NCBI GenBank assembly: GCA_013265495.1
Contig: MU058221.1
Coordinates: 5,130,066-5,194,065, forward strand
Direction of reading: 5' to 3'
Source of the DNA: Vicugna vicugna
Taxonomy: Eukaryota
Length of the DNA stretch: 64,000 bases
The notes under the pieces are model-generated. The model made no database searches. It was not told the origin of the DNA and worked only from the letters and a program-made list of their open reading frames with translations. Within the stretch, counting starts at the first letter, position 1, and every line of letters begins with the position of its first letter. Made by a program: the position numbers and the translations under genes. Of this stretch, positions 48,252 to 60,822 are shown in pieces.

Positions 48252-50029
48252 GACCTCTTAGTGTTCCTATGAGTGTGAGATGCTGTGTCCCCTTCCATTT
48301 GGCCTTTGACCCTTCTATTTCTTTTATCCCAGAGGACACCCTCTGGCCAGGATTCTCCCATTGGAGGCCCAAGAGCGTTGGAGAGGTGGAGAGCATATGT
48401 TTGGAGAAGAAAGATGGACACTCCCTGTCTTTCTTTATCTCCCCTTGTTGCATCATTGTCCTGGTCTAAAGAACAGAAATTTTCTGGAGGTCTTGGCGTA
48501 TGGAAAATTCAAAACCTTCCCAGCATTTTCATGAGGGTGACGTGGAAAACTCCGAAGTGTCCTCTCTGGATCTTGCCATTTTCTTTATTACTTTTCCGCT
48601 GGAGGTGTGACCCGAGACATGAAGCATTTAGGAATCTGGTTCAGGGCCTCCTGCTTCTCGCATCATTGCTCTCTCTTTTCTGTGGCCCTGTTGTAGCCTA
48701 GAGACAGAAAGAGGGCAGTGGGGTGGTAGAGAAACTGAACTGCTTTTCCTTCTCTTGTGGTTGTGCAAGTTCTGTTTGTCTTTTGTCTGCCCCGTCCATC
48801 CGGAACTCAGCAGGGCCTCTGGGTCTCAGCTGTCCAAAGGGGGCTAGCATCTCCCACCCATGTCCCGTGGCTGGGCACAGTCAGTGTCACAGGACAGGGC
48901 CTATGGCCTTCCTTCCCCTCCATGGACAATGGACCTCTCTGTCTTTGGGCCTCCCTCCTCCCTACCAGGTTCCACCATCATTGTCACTCTTTCCAGTGCC
49001 CAGGATGCCTTGGTTGGGGGGAAGGGTTCTTGTCATCTCTGTCCCTATTTCCCCCATAGGCTTTCCAGAACTGAAAACAACCTGTTTGGGGGAGGGAAGA
49101 GGAAGGGACAGGGCTGGGAGACAGGATTTGGGACTAGTACTGATAAGTCAGTTTCTAGAATCATGCTCAGAAAACTGGGAACGGAGGAAAGCACAGAAGA
49201 GACCCTCGGAGCAGTCTTCGTCACAACCGTGTCCATCTGCTCTCTCCTCAGCCCACTCCTGGACTTGAGGTCCGAGCAACTGGGGTAACTGCGACCTAGA
49301 CCATCGGGGCGTGGGGGTGGGGTGGGGTCTGTGCTCACAGAAGATCAATCCTGGAGACAGATGCCTTCAACCCCCTTCCTCAAGAGGTAGGTCGCATTTG
49401 AGATGTTGGGGGTGGCATGGGGTGAGCTGGTGAACAGGTGGCTGGTGGCTTCTCTCCAGCAGTGAAAGGGGAGGCTGAGGATGGATAAATTCAGCTCATA
49501 AAGGCTCTGGTCAGAGGGTAGACACACCAGCCTCCCTCATCCCCTCACTGAGGAACAGGGTCATATCAGGGCAGGGCTGCAGTTGCCCGCAAAGTGAAAG
49601 AAAAAGCTAGAACTAGCACCTTCTCCATGAGGGTCTGTTTTCTCTCTTAACTGAGGTGAAAGTCACAAAACATACAATTGACCATTTTTAAAATGTACAG
49701 TCCAGGGGAAGTTAGTGCATTCATAATATTTATTGTGAATAAGCTTTATTTAGTTTCAAAACTTTGGGGGAATTGGTTTCTGGTTGTGGGTGAGATGCAC
49801 TCACCAAGTTAGCAAAGACCCTGCCTCGCTGTTCACTGCACTTCCAGCGCCTAACAAAGGCGGGGCAATCGTGCTCCTACAGGTGTTTGTTGAATGAATA
49901 AATGACGCCTCCCCAGGTAAACCCGATCTACCTGATGTTGGAGGCAGCTCCAGAGAGGACCTAAGCCCGGCTTCAGAGCCCGCTCCACTACGCCCATTTC
50001 ATAGACTGGGGTCCTGAGACGCAGACCTG

Positions 50030-50600
50030 GGCCTATGCTGCTGGAGCGGAGCCCCCACTTCACGAGGCTGGGGAGTCGGCCGGAGACCAGCGCGGCGGCC
50101 CGCGGAGAGGCACCCAAGCCGGATCCGTCACGGTCGCCGTCGCCGGCCGCTTTCGATTTGCCTGAGTCTTGGTCGCCGCTCAGGGGAGCGCGCCCCCCGC
50201 CCCCGCCGGGCCGGCCCCGCCCCGCCCTCCGCTTCCTCCCGGGCCCCTGGCACTGCAGCCGCTGGCGGGCAGAGGAGCCGGAGCGGGCGAGGCGGCGGCA
50301 GCGGCGATGGTGAGGGCCCGGGGTGGGGCGGGGGGCAGAGGGCAGAGGACGGCCGTGGGGGTGCGAGGCGGGAGTCCGAAGTCCAAGGGCGGGGGCGTCC
50401 TCCGGAGGGGACGGCGGCGGGGAGCGGGACCGCGCGGGACCCTCCACTCCCCACGCACCCGGGCAGGGAAAGTGCGGCGTGCGCCGGTCCCGGCGGCCCC
50501 GCGCCGAGTGAGCGGGACTCCGGCTTCGCACTTGCGGGAGTCCGGTGATTACCAGCACTGGCTTTGGAGTTAGACTCCCGGCCGAGATCCTGGTGGTGGC
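50030..50600. promoter_or_regulatory. VAMP5 CpG island/promoter
   Basis: Very CpG-dense, with multiple CCCCGCCC GC boxes upstream of ATG 50307. Confidence 0.85.
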
Positions 50601-53600
50601 CACTTACCCGCTCTGTGACCCCGGGCAAGTCACTTAGCCTCCCTGAGCCTCCTTTTCCGCATCGTGAAGTGGGGTCAGCAATACCGGCCTTGCTGAGTCC
50701 TTGGGAGGTTAAAGGAGACACAATGGCAGAGACCCGCCTGGAGCTCAGAAAGCCTGCTCCTGAGAAGTGGTGGGTAAAACGATGACCTTTCCAGCCCTTC
50801 TTGGAGCCGCGAGGAGCCAAGTCTGGCCCAGGAGTTGGAAACCTGAGCAGAGGGCGCGGTAGAGGATATACCAGCCTGGTGGCAGGGTGGTGAGGGGCAG
50901 ACTCCTCTAGAGAGAGAGAAAGGAAGACGTTTACTTAGGAAGTTCCACTGAAGTTATCAGACAGGGGCATGGCCTGACTCCCTTCTAACCCCTACCTAGG
51001 GACAGATTCTTGAGTGAGTCATTCGTCCACTCCTGTTGTAGACTCTGGCCTCTGTCTCCACTTGCCATCTCCAAGGCAAAGGTGTCAGGAACAGGTGGTG
51101 CCCCTCCCCTGGAACTCGTGGGAAGTTGGGCCCAGCAGAAGCAGGCTTGGTGCTTTAAGATTCTGCCACGGAAAAGCCAGTAGAGAGGTGTGATGGATGT
51201 GTCCTGGCTGAGGGTCGAGATGCCTGGATGGCTTCATCTCCAGGGAACTGGAGGCAGGAAGAGGAAGCGGGGCAGGAAGGTAGCACTGAGCTCTAAGGCC
51301 ATGCCAGGAAACTGAGGGAGGCCCAGAGAATGGGACTGAGCCCAGAGCCCACTTCCCAGTGTGCAGAGCAAGGGATCAGGCAGGGGTAGGGTGGACAGCC
51401 AGCTGGACCTTAGCACTTGGCCAGAAGTGGAAACTCTTGAAATGAAGGCAGAGGTCAGGGTAATTTGGGGGCGAGTGGTACTGGAAAACTCTGGGACTCT
51501 CACAGGTTCATCTGAGACAAATAGTGGATCAGAGCCTGGGAAGCGTACATTGACTTCTCTCTTCTACCCATCTCCTAGCCCCCTCCCTTTGTTCTTTCTC
51601 TCACTCCTGCCCCTTTGTCCACCCCCAGCACTGCCCCTTCCTTCTTTCCATCCACCTTCCCTACCTGGTCCATCTTTTTTATTATTATTATTATTATTAC
51701 ATTTATTTATTTAATTGAAGTGTAGTTGATTTACAATGTTTCAGGTGTACCTGGTCCTTATTCCTTTTCTTTCCTTTCTCCTTTTCTCTGATTCATTCAA
51801 TTAACAAGTATTTCTTGGGCATTTCCTTTGTGTTAGACCTGGTGACTAATATGAGGGGTAGAGTAGGAATAAACTAGTGGTGGGAAAGATAGAAATTGAA
51901 TGGGTAATGACTTGAATTCATTCATCTTGTAGATGGTCCTCTCTCATGCACTGTCCAAAGAATTTGGGTTTTGAGCCAGGGGCCTCCCTTGTATGCACAC
52001 AAGTTGAGTTGGCAACATCAACAGGTCTGGTGAGTCTTCAGCCAGCCAGCCAAAGCATTTGATCTCCTTTACTTACATCTAGTTTAGCACCGGGGTTGAG
52101 AATGTGATCCTTGAAGTCTAAGTTGGTTCAGTTTCCAGATCTACTCACAGGCTCTGTGACCTTGGGTGGGTGATTTAACCCCTCTGGGCTTCAATTTCTT
52201 ATAGGACTGGAATAACAGCACTTTCCTCAATGGATTGTTGTGAGGCTTAAATGAGATAAAGTGAACAAACAGCTAGCCGCAGAGTGCTTAGCTCAAGAGT
52301 ACGTGCCCATTGAACGGCAGCTGTCATCACGGTCAAGATGTGAAACCTTCTCAACAGCCTGCAGCGCCTGATGGAAATAAACTGGACATGAGTTATCAAA
52401 GGCCCATGTCAAGTTCTATATTTAGGTTAGAAACAATTAAGTGCACGAACTTGCAGTAAGGAAGAGCTTGCTTGGCTATGTATTTTGTAAAAATATCTAA
52501 GCAGTTTTATTGACCACAAGTATTGTGTAGTTCCTGAGATCTGATAGCTACAAAGAATGCTAGGGTAACTTGGGCTACAGCAATAATAATAATGGCTATT
52601 ATTTACTGAGCATTTAGTATGTGTCAGGAATTGTGCTAAGCCTTAATTTATAATAGATCACACGCCTTAGCTAATGTTATGGGAGATATCATTTTCCCCA
52701 CTTTATAGATGAGGAAGTGGACGGTCAGGAAGTTCACATCCCGGTCTTCAGTCACTGCAGGATTTGAAGGATGCTGGAGCTGCAGCACAGAGCCTTGCTT
52801 TTAGGCTCTGAGGTCAGGCAAGTGCTGACCCAGGAAGAAGCTGACATACCAGGTCGCTGCCCAGGTCCAAATGAAGACATAACAGTGACAGCTGGATAAG
52901 AGTTTTGTAGGCACTAAACAAGAAAGAGGGCAGACAGGAGAGTTTGGAAAGGGAGGTTTTTGAGAGCTTTGTTTTCAGAGAAAGAAACTTACTTGGCTTG
53001 GAAAACCCTAAGGGGGGATTTGAGAATCAAAGGAGGGGTATTCTGCATACAGGGTAACGGTCTGTCCGTTTCCTGTAACTAATACCCTTTGCCAGCAGTG
53101 CCGCCTGCACACCCCTCCACACCCCTCCAAACCCCGGAAGTGCCTCTTTCACTCTCCCTTCCTCTTGCCCTCTCTCCCGCTCCCCGCTAGCCTGCGGGAC
53201 ACCTCAGACTCTTGCTGATGGCACTTTTCTGTGCCTCTGGTGGCCTCTCATCTTGAGTTTTCTAACCTCCATGCCTTCTGGTGGCCTGTCGTCTTGAGTT
53301 TTCTCACCTCCATTCTCTTTTACTACCAGCAGAGAAATTCTCCTGAAGCCCCTCCAGGCTCAGAAACCTACTCTAGCTCTGGGTCCATCCTTCCCTCCAC
53401 ATAAGCTTCCTCTTCTTGGTTTTTACTGCTTTCTCAATCCCCGTCCTGCCCCTTCCATCCTTACCCTCTGCCAGGCTGTCACTGTCCCGAGTATGTCTCT
53501 GTCTCTCTGTGGCACGAGTGTCCGAGCTCCCCCCTCATCCCCCATCTCAGGAATCCCCTCTCTGTGGGCAGCTCCGACACTCACTGTTTGTATCTCACGC

Positions 53601-56600
53601 TGTAAACTCTTTTCTCTGACTGTATCACGTATGTCTTTCCCCAGGCCTATAGTGATCCTTTTAAGAACAGGCACAGTTCATTCAGAAAATATTTTCCGCA
53701 CGTCCACTGTGTGCCAGGCACTCTGCTGAGTTCTGTGTGGCAGGAGGCGGCGTGGTCTTGCCCTCTGGCCACTTACCTCCTTCCCCACCACGCAGTTCTC
53801 TATTTCAATCACTGTGCCAGCAGTGACCAGTGCATACGGTGTCCTTTTTCCTCTGGTTGAGTGGTGTCAAGGAGGGCCAGAGACTTGAACCTGGAGGCCT
53901 CCGTGTTCTTTTAGGCCTGGGCCCATCTTGGCTCTGGACAGGCCTGGCTTCGCAGTGAGGGAAGGAGGCTGCAGCTTGCAGCAGGAGGCACAGCCAGGTC
54001 TCTTGAAGAATGTGACCCAGCATCACCCCGTGTTGGAGAATAAGATAACAACAGCTGTAGGGTTCAGAGAAGAAAAAATAATGTCCAGCATCCCACCGGC
54101 CTCTAGCAGTGATTCTCATTTTTGACTCTTGGTCCATTCCCAGGTTTTTGTGTTGGACTATTTGAATGTGAGGAGGGCTTGGACTGTTTGAATGTGAGAG
54201 ACTCCAAACAGTGAAGACTTGTTGAGTAATATAGCAGCGATAATAGTAGTGATGGTGGTTGACTCAGGAAAAGGTAGAGATGAGTATACGGCTTCCCTGC
54301 TTTCTTCCTCCTTCCTCCTTGTTCCCCTGGTACTGCTTGCCCCAGCCTGTGAGTGCGCCCCTCTGTCGTCGTTTGCTACCCCCCTTCTCAAAGCAGGTTT
54401 CTTTTCTAGTTCATGGGTAAATATTGGCCTACTTGGGTTTCAGATGCCTGCCCCTCCAGATTCTTGCTGGGCTAGATAAACACCCTGGGATAACAAACTT
54501 GAGAGTAACAGTTGCATTTGGATATGCTATAATGCAGCTGGCCCACTCACTGAGTTCCTGCAGTGGTCAGCATGATGCTGGGCCCCCAGGCACTGGCCCC
54601 TGCCCTCCTGCTGGGAGCTTGTGGTCCAGTGGGGGAGGTCAGACTCATACACTGAGAATGCTTGAAGGTTGTGTGCAAGGCAGCTGCACAAATCCTCAAT
54701 GAGGATTCTTGCCTGAGTAGGAGGTGGCGCTCTGTGACCACCAGATCCCTTCCCTTTCTCTGGTTTTAAGTGGAATTCAGTCAAGTGCCAAAATGTCTAC
54801 TGTAGACAATGGGCAATATAGTCTGGCAGGAAAAGGAGCTTGGCCCGTGTTCTGTGGGGAGGAGATGAGAGCAGGGCTGGGCTGTGGGGGACTAGGCTGG
54901 GCGGAGAGAGTAGCTGTGGTTTGTTAATCCGCTGGCGTTCATCTCTCTGACATGTCCCTGGACTTCTAGCTCTTACTAGGGCCCCCTGCCCTGAGTCTCC
55001 TGGTTGCCTGCCTCCAAAGTCCAGTTCCTTTCTTGCTTGGGACCCCTGCTTTCTTCTTCCTCCTGTCCCGTCAGTCTCCCTGCTTGGATCCTGCATCTCC
55101 CATCCCCGTCCTCTGAAATGAGCTGGGTTCTTTTGTCAGATGAGGCTGGGAAATCAGAGTAGGTCTCCTCTGTGTGAGGTGGAACCCAGAGAAGATCTTG
55201 GCCAGCTGGAAAGCTGGAGGCCAGGGACCAGGAAGGCTGAGGTTCTCAGGCAGATGGAGAATCAGCTTTGAGCACTGATGTGGGAGCAGGGTCAGGCCAG
55301 GAGGCAGAACTGGCCTGACCAGTCAGAAGCCTGGGGAGGGCGGGGAGGGAGATCTGATCTCAGTTTGTGTCTGTGGGGTGAGGCAGAGGCTGTAACGTGT
55401 GGTGGTCCAAAATTACCTCTCTAGCTCTGTGGGGAGGATCTCCTCCCTGTCTGCCTCTGGCCAAGTAGCTTGGCTCTCTGTTCTTTGCTGCCTCCTTAGG
55501 CCAGTGGGAAGCCACAGGGCAGGTGCGCCTTGAGTCAAGGCCAACCTAGAGCAGGTGAGCAAAGTGTCTGCTTTGGAAGGTCCCATCCGGGGCCACCTTA
55601 GAGAAAGCTGAAATGCTGGAGGTCAAGGCTGATCTAGGACCTGCCGTGATAGGTAAGGGGAGGAGCCCAAGGTGAGCCACACACCCCCGGGAGGCTGGCC
55701 CTTCACTCTGCACATATTAGACCCTTCCATGAAAGATGCTGTTCCCCTTACTCAGATACTACACGTGTGTACACACACACACACATACACACGCTGTGGG
55801 GGCAAGGGGGTCTCTAGGTCTCAGGACCAGATGAGGGCCAAGTGGGGGCCTTGTGTAACCCTGACCTTGGGCTTGGTGCACAGGCAGGGAAAGAGTTGGA
55901 GCAGTGCCAGCGGCAGGCAGATGAGGTGACAGAAATCATGCTCAACAACTTCGGCAAGGTCCTGGAGCGTGACGGGAAGCTGGCGGAGCTGGAGCAACGT
56001 TCAGACCAACTCCTAGATATGGTATGAGGCCTGGGGAAGCAGGGTTGGGGGGGAGACTAGGAGGGGCCCTCAGAGGGAGCTCTCAGGCTGTGCTTAGGGT
56101 CTCCAGGCCACTCGGGGGCCTGAGGCTCACCCGAGGGCCAGTGTGGGGTTTCTTGAGGCACCCCCCAACCTAGCTGTGCAACAGGTAGGTAGGCCTTATG
56201 CAGTAAGAAGGCCTTGGTTTGAAGCTTGGATCTTCCTAAAGGCTGAAGACTAGCACTGTTAACAGTGGGGAGAAGCGGGGTGGTGTGTGAGCCCGTAGGA
56301 GTGCGAGTCAGGGGCTACACCAGTGTCTGAGACCAGGAGTCAGGCTGGGGGGATCCCAGGGAAGGCTGTGTGGAGGAAGGGAGCAGACAGGATGGGGAGG
56401 CTGCGGGAGGAGACTAGGCCTTGCCAGGGCAGGGCTGGAAGCGGCTGGTTCGGGGCTCTGGGGAAACACTCAACTCACACCTTATGTCTGGGGGTGTCCA
56501 CAGAGCTCAGCCTTCAGCAAGACAACCAAGACTATGGCCCGGAAGAAGCGCTGGGAGAACACCCGTTGCCGGATCTACTTGGGGGCAATCGTGGGCGGCA

Positions 56601-56713
56601 GCCTGGTCATTATACTGATCGTGCTGCTGGCCATCTTTCTCTCACCGAGCAGCAAGAACAGTGGTGCCCCACAGGTCCAGGACGCAGGTGCTGCCTCAAG
56701 GCCTGGGGACTGA
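50307..56713 (+). CDS. VAMP5: Vesicle-associated membrane protein 5 (myobrevin), R-SNARE, 116 aa
   Basis: Exons 50307-50309 (ATG|gtgag, inside a CpG island), 55884-56021 ([46 protein letters not shown]) and 56504-56713 ([19 protein letters not shown] + TM + luminal tail); 351 nt. Confidence 0.96.
52090..52330 (+). mobile_element. MIR SINE in VAMP5 intron 1
   Basis: ctgtgaccttgggtgggtgatttaacccctctgggcttcaatttctt...gattgttgtgaggcttaaatgagataa. Confidence 0.75.
53232..53312 (+). repeat. Imperfect ~40-bp tandem duplication in VAMP5 intron 1
   Basis: tgcctctggtggcctctcatcttgagttttctaacctcca / tgccttctggtggcctgtcgtcttgagttttctcacctcca. Confidence 0.9.
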
Positions 56714-58076
56714 CCCAGCTGGGCCTGAAAAAGAGGCCCAATGCCCACAATGGCCGGTTTTGGTCTTCAGAAAACCCTGGCATTTGCTCCCATCCGAGCC
56801 ACCGCAGTGAGCCCAGAAAGGCAGCCCCAATTTGTGCACCTTTGTTATCTCCTATCACACCACAGACTGGCCCTTGAGGGCAGCTTGCTACACCGGCCAT
56901 GCCAGACCAGCCCCATCTGGAGATTAGTAAAAGCTGCTGTTTTGTTAAAAGCTGGTGTGTGCGCATGTGTATGCGTGTGTGTGTTTGAAGGTTTCCAAGT
57001 TGGTTCATCTTGCTCTGCCTGCACTCCTGGGGCTACTTAGAAAGTCCCAAAGGACTCCAGTCCTGGGAGGTGGCCCCTTCCTCTCCCTTCCTGACTTGAT
57101 CCAACCCTACACAGACAGATCCTTCCAGAGTGCAGGTGTAAAGACACAACAGCCCCCCAACCAAACCCTTCAACCAGTGCCTCTGAGTCTGTTCCCCTGA
57201 GAATGAAATCTATTACTTTTCTGATGTCTTGGGGTGTTCAGAGGACCAGTGGGACTCCAGATGGGATGACAAAGAGGAAAACACTTCCAAAATGTTTATA
57301 TCACAAGGCTCTCACCCTCAGAGAGACCTTTTACCCTTGAGCACCTCTTCTCCAATCTCTCCGCCCACATTCTTCCTCAAACTTTACACCAGATTATAGG
57401 TTGTGGGTGGGGGATGGGGCAGTGCGTGCAGACGGCTTCCTTCCATGGTGCTATAATGCAGAGTCACAAAGGATGGCCTGGAGTTTGCCCTGTAGGAAAG
57501 AATTTGGGCTTTTCAGAGCTCTAGAACCACATACAATCAAGCAGATAGTGCCTTCAGGGTGCCAGGAAAGATCACTGGGTAATGAAAAAGGCCACGGAAA
57601 AAGGAAAGGCCCTACCAAGACCTGGGAAGCAGGGCAGCCATTTCCTGGGCTATTTAACATCTCAAACTCAAGTATGGGTGGAAAGGGGAATTCAGGGTCA
57701 AGTGTGTAACAGAAGCAGTTCCTTGTGAGGTGGAGTGAGGGTTACTGGCAGAGAAACAAGAACAAACCCTTAATTTGTACGCAACTGTACCCGCACAGAG
57801 CTGGCTACTTCTGCTAGGCTCACTGCTACCTGCCTTTCCTGGGAAAGATGGAGGAAAGCACAGCCCTGCACTTTGGTCTGCAACACCACTGACAGGCCCT
57901 GTGAATTCAGGCAAGCCACTTCCGGTACTTGGGTTTTACATATGTTTAAAAGAGATAGTGATACTTAGCTCCCAGGACAATTGTGAGGATTAAATTATAC
58001 CGTACGTAAAATATCTATCAATGTTATAGTTCTAGATGCCAAATAAATGGTAGCTGTCATCCAAATCATTTAATGT

Positions 58077-58215
58077 AGTGGTTCTCAACCTTGCCTCACA
58101 CCAGAGAATCACCTGCAGAACTTATAAAAATACCATGCCCAGGCAGGCCTAGATCAGTTAAATCAAAATCTTTGAGGGTAAGTATCAGACATGGTTTTTG
58201 TTTTTTTTCCTAAAG
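58077..58215 (+). mobile_element. MER5A-like fragment
   Basis: tagtggttctcaacctt...agaatcacctgcagaactt...aaataccatgcccaggc...ttaaatcaaaatct. Confidence 0.65.
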
Positions 58216-58479
58216 CTACAATCCCGCCTTCTTCTCGCTCCGGGAGATTATGGGTGGCAAAGGATGCAAACCACTTATTTAATTCAAGCCACTAGTTGTA
58301 CAGAAGCTAGGGGAGAGGTTGAGCAATGGGCTAAAGGTCACACAGATAGTTCAGAGGGCTGGTAAGCCCCCCGATTTCCCTGCAGGGATCGTCCTCCTCT
58401 CGGTTGAGGAGGTTGCCCCACCCTTTATTATCGTGCCTAACACAGAAGAAACGAGCAGGAAATTTTTGTTTGTTTTGCG

Positions 58480-59300
58480 GGGGTCATGGAGGAGTCAAGC
58501 GACAAGTCCTGAATCAACTAGAGCGCAGCGGGTGCAGAAGTGCCCGGCGGGGACGGGTTAGAGCAGCGGGAAGCGCCCTGACTCCAGGCTTCCCTAGGCT
58601 CGCAGAACTCTGAGCCCTGGGCCAGCGCCTTGCTCTTTCTGAGAGGCCGCTAGCATCCGCACTGCCGAGACCCTCCTGAGCCGCAGAGCAGATCGAAGAC
58701 CCCTAAAGCCCAGACACTTGGCATTTCAGGGCTCTAGGGACGCGATCCACAAGTCACTCCCAGGAGTTTACCGCAAGCTGGGACTCCGAGAAGAATGTTG
58801 TCTGACTAGCCCCGGCTCCTGCCATTGACTTTAGCCTTTTGTCACCTGACCTTTCTAGCCAATCAGAGGTGAGAAAATTAATACTTCCGCTTTCGGTGAC
58901 CACTGTGCCCGCCTTTTAGATGCCCTGATTGGTCTTCCTCCCTCACCTCGCCAGTTTATTGGTCAGCCCCGCGAGGCCGCAGTCCAGCGGAGTCCGAGGG
59001 CTGTGTCAGACTGCTCCGCTGCCATGGCGTCCTACTTCGATGAACACGACTGCGAGCCGTTGGACCATCAGCAGGATGCCCGAACTAACATGCTGCTGGA
59101 GCTCGCAAGGTGAGTGCGCGGGGCTGGGAGGTAGGGCCCAGGCAACAGGTTTCTGGGCTGAGGCTGGCTGGAGAAGGCGGATTATCCGGGGTAGCGGATC
59201 CTGGGGAGGACGGATGAATAATCTGAAGTTACTCCGGCGGTAAGATTCGGGGGGAAGTCGATAATTTGGATCGTCCGTGAGCAGCCTCGGCCAAGGGGAT
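58480..59300. promoter_or_regulatory. RNF181 promoter with three CCAAT (NF-Y) boxes and an ETS core
   Basis: CCAAT 58859-58863, ATTGG 58928-58932 and 58958-58962, ACTTCCG 58883-58889; moderately CpG-rich. Confidence 0.75.
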
Positions 59301-60758
59301 TCTGGGAAAGACTGAAGGTGGAGAGTAAGGGGAATCGGGGCGGTAGGGCAGTGGACTCTAGGAAGTACAGGAGTAGGCGGGTCATGGGGGCGGGGTAGAG
59401 GCCGTGTGGGTGTGAGTAGGTACATTAGGAACACCAAGCACGGAAGCCACACAGTCACTTGGAATCTGGCTTTACTAGGTCATTCCTCCGTGGCCTAAGT
59501 AACTCCTCCTCTGAGCTGCTGCCTCCTGTGTAGAATGGGTATAAACAGCCTGCGTGTTTGGGGTTGCTGGATAGCAGCTGTAAGCCATTTCCGGCTGTGC
59601 TTTTTGTCTACTGAGCACTACGAGGGGGTAGCTATTAGTATTGCTAGTTGGGCAGAGTATTTATCTGTTAGTTAAGCCTAGTGGATTGTGGGGGCAGAGA
59701 GAAAGTTTGGTCTTCTTCGGTCCTGAGCTGGCATCCTTCTTCCCAGGTCACTTTTTAACAGGATGGACTTTGAAGACTTGGGGTTGGTAGTAGACTGGGA
59801 TCACCACTTGCCTCCACCTGCTGCCAAGACAGCAGTTGAGAACCTCCCCAGGACAGTCATCAGGGGCTCTCAGGCTGGTGAGAACACTAATTCTTTCCAC
59901 TGTTTGGGGCAGGTCTCCCAGACCCACCTCATCTGGAGCCAGGCTATGGTGTGGCCTCTCAGTTTTCCAGGCCAGGTTGGGGCAGGAGTATCCTTCAGGA
60001 GTGGGAGCTGGGAGGTAGGGCCTGTAGCAGCTCTCCTGATCAGCACTCCCTCCTAAAGAGCTCAAGTGCCCCGTGTGTCTTTTGGAATTTGAGGAGGAGG
60101 AGACTGCCATTGAGATGCCTTGCCATCACCTCTTCCATTCCAACTGCATTCTGCCCTGGCTGAGCAAGGTACTGACTGCGTCCTTTCTCCCAGCCCTCCC
60201 CCTGCCCTGGGCCCAGCTCTCAAGACTCTTTCTGTGTATGGTCTACTGGGAGGATCAGAGACAGGAGGGGAGTAGGGGTGGGAGTTGGGAGCCGGGGACG
60301 GATATTAGCTCATGAAGACCAGACCAGGGCTGGTACACTGCACTGCTTTTCCCAGACAAACTCCTGCCCCCTGTGCCGCCATGAGCTACCCACTGATGAT
60401 GACACTTATGAGGAACACAGACGAGATAAGGTAGGGGCTGGGTAAGTGGAGGGGGTGGTAATGGGGCTCCCTGAGTTCCTATCCTTGGTGCTCTCGTTCC
60501 CCACCTCAGCAGGCCTGAGTAGGCCACACGGTCCCTGACTCTGGCCGCCTTCCCAGTGACTTTGCTGAGGAGCCAGAGCCTTGGCAATGATGTTGGGGGC
60601 CTGAAAACAGTGAAAGCCAGCCTCACGATGGCTACTCTACCCCTTGACCCACAGGCCTTCAGGTATGGCCCATGCCCAGCACGCTCTCTTTCCTTCAGGC
60701 TCGCAAGCAGCAGCAGAAGCACCGACTGGAGAACCTCCATGGAGCCATGTACACATGA
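59024..60758 (+). CDS. RNF181: E3 ubiquitin-protein ligase RNF181 (RING-H2), 153 aa
   Basis: Exons 59024-59109, 59747-59877, 60059-60168, 60356-60430, 60699-60758; 462 nt. [12 protein letters not shown]..., RING-H2 CPVC...CHHLFHSNC...CPLC, ending HGAMYT*. ATTAAA at 60817-60822. Confidence 0.97.
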
Positions 60759-60816
60759 GGTGGATGGGGCTGAGCATCCATCCCCCACAGCATCTTCCTC
60801 TTGTGCCTCAAATCTC

Positions 60817-60822
60817 ATTAAA
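60817..60822 (+). terminator. RNF181 polyadenylation signal (ATTAAA)
   Basis: ATTAAA ~60 nt after the stop codon. Confidence 0.65.

Noticed and set aside
49851..50820. Long overlapping ORFs (250 and 230 aa) at the VAMP5 island; likewise at 16058-17683
   Set aside because: They are Arg/Gly/Pro/Ala-rich reads through CpG islands in several frames at once.
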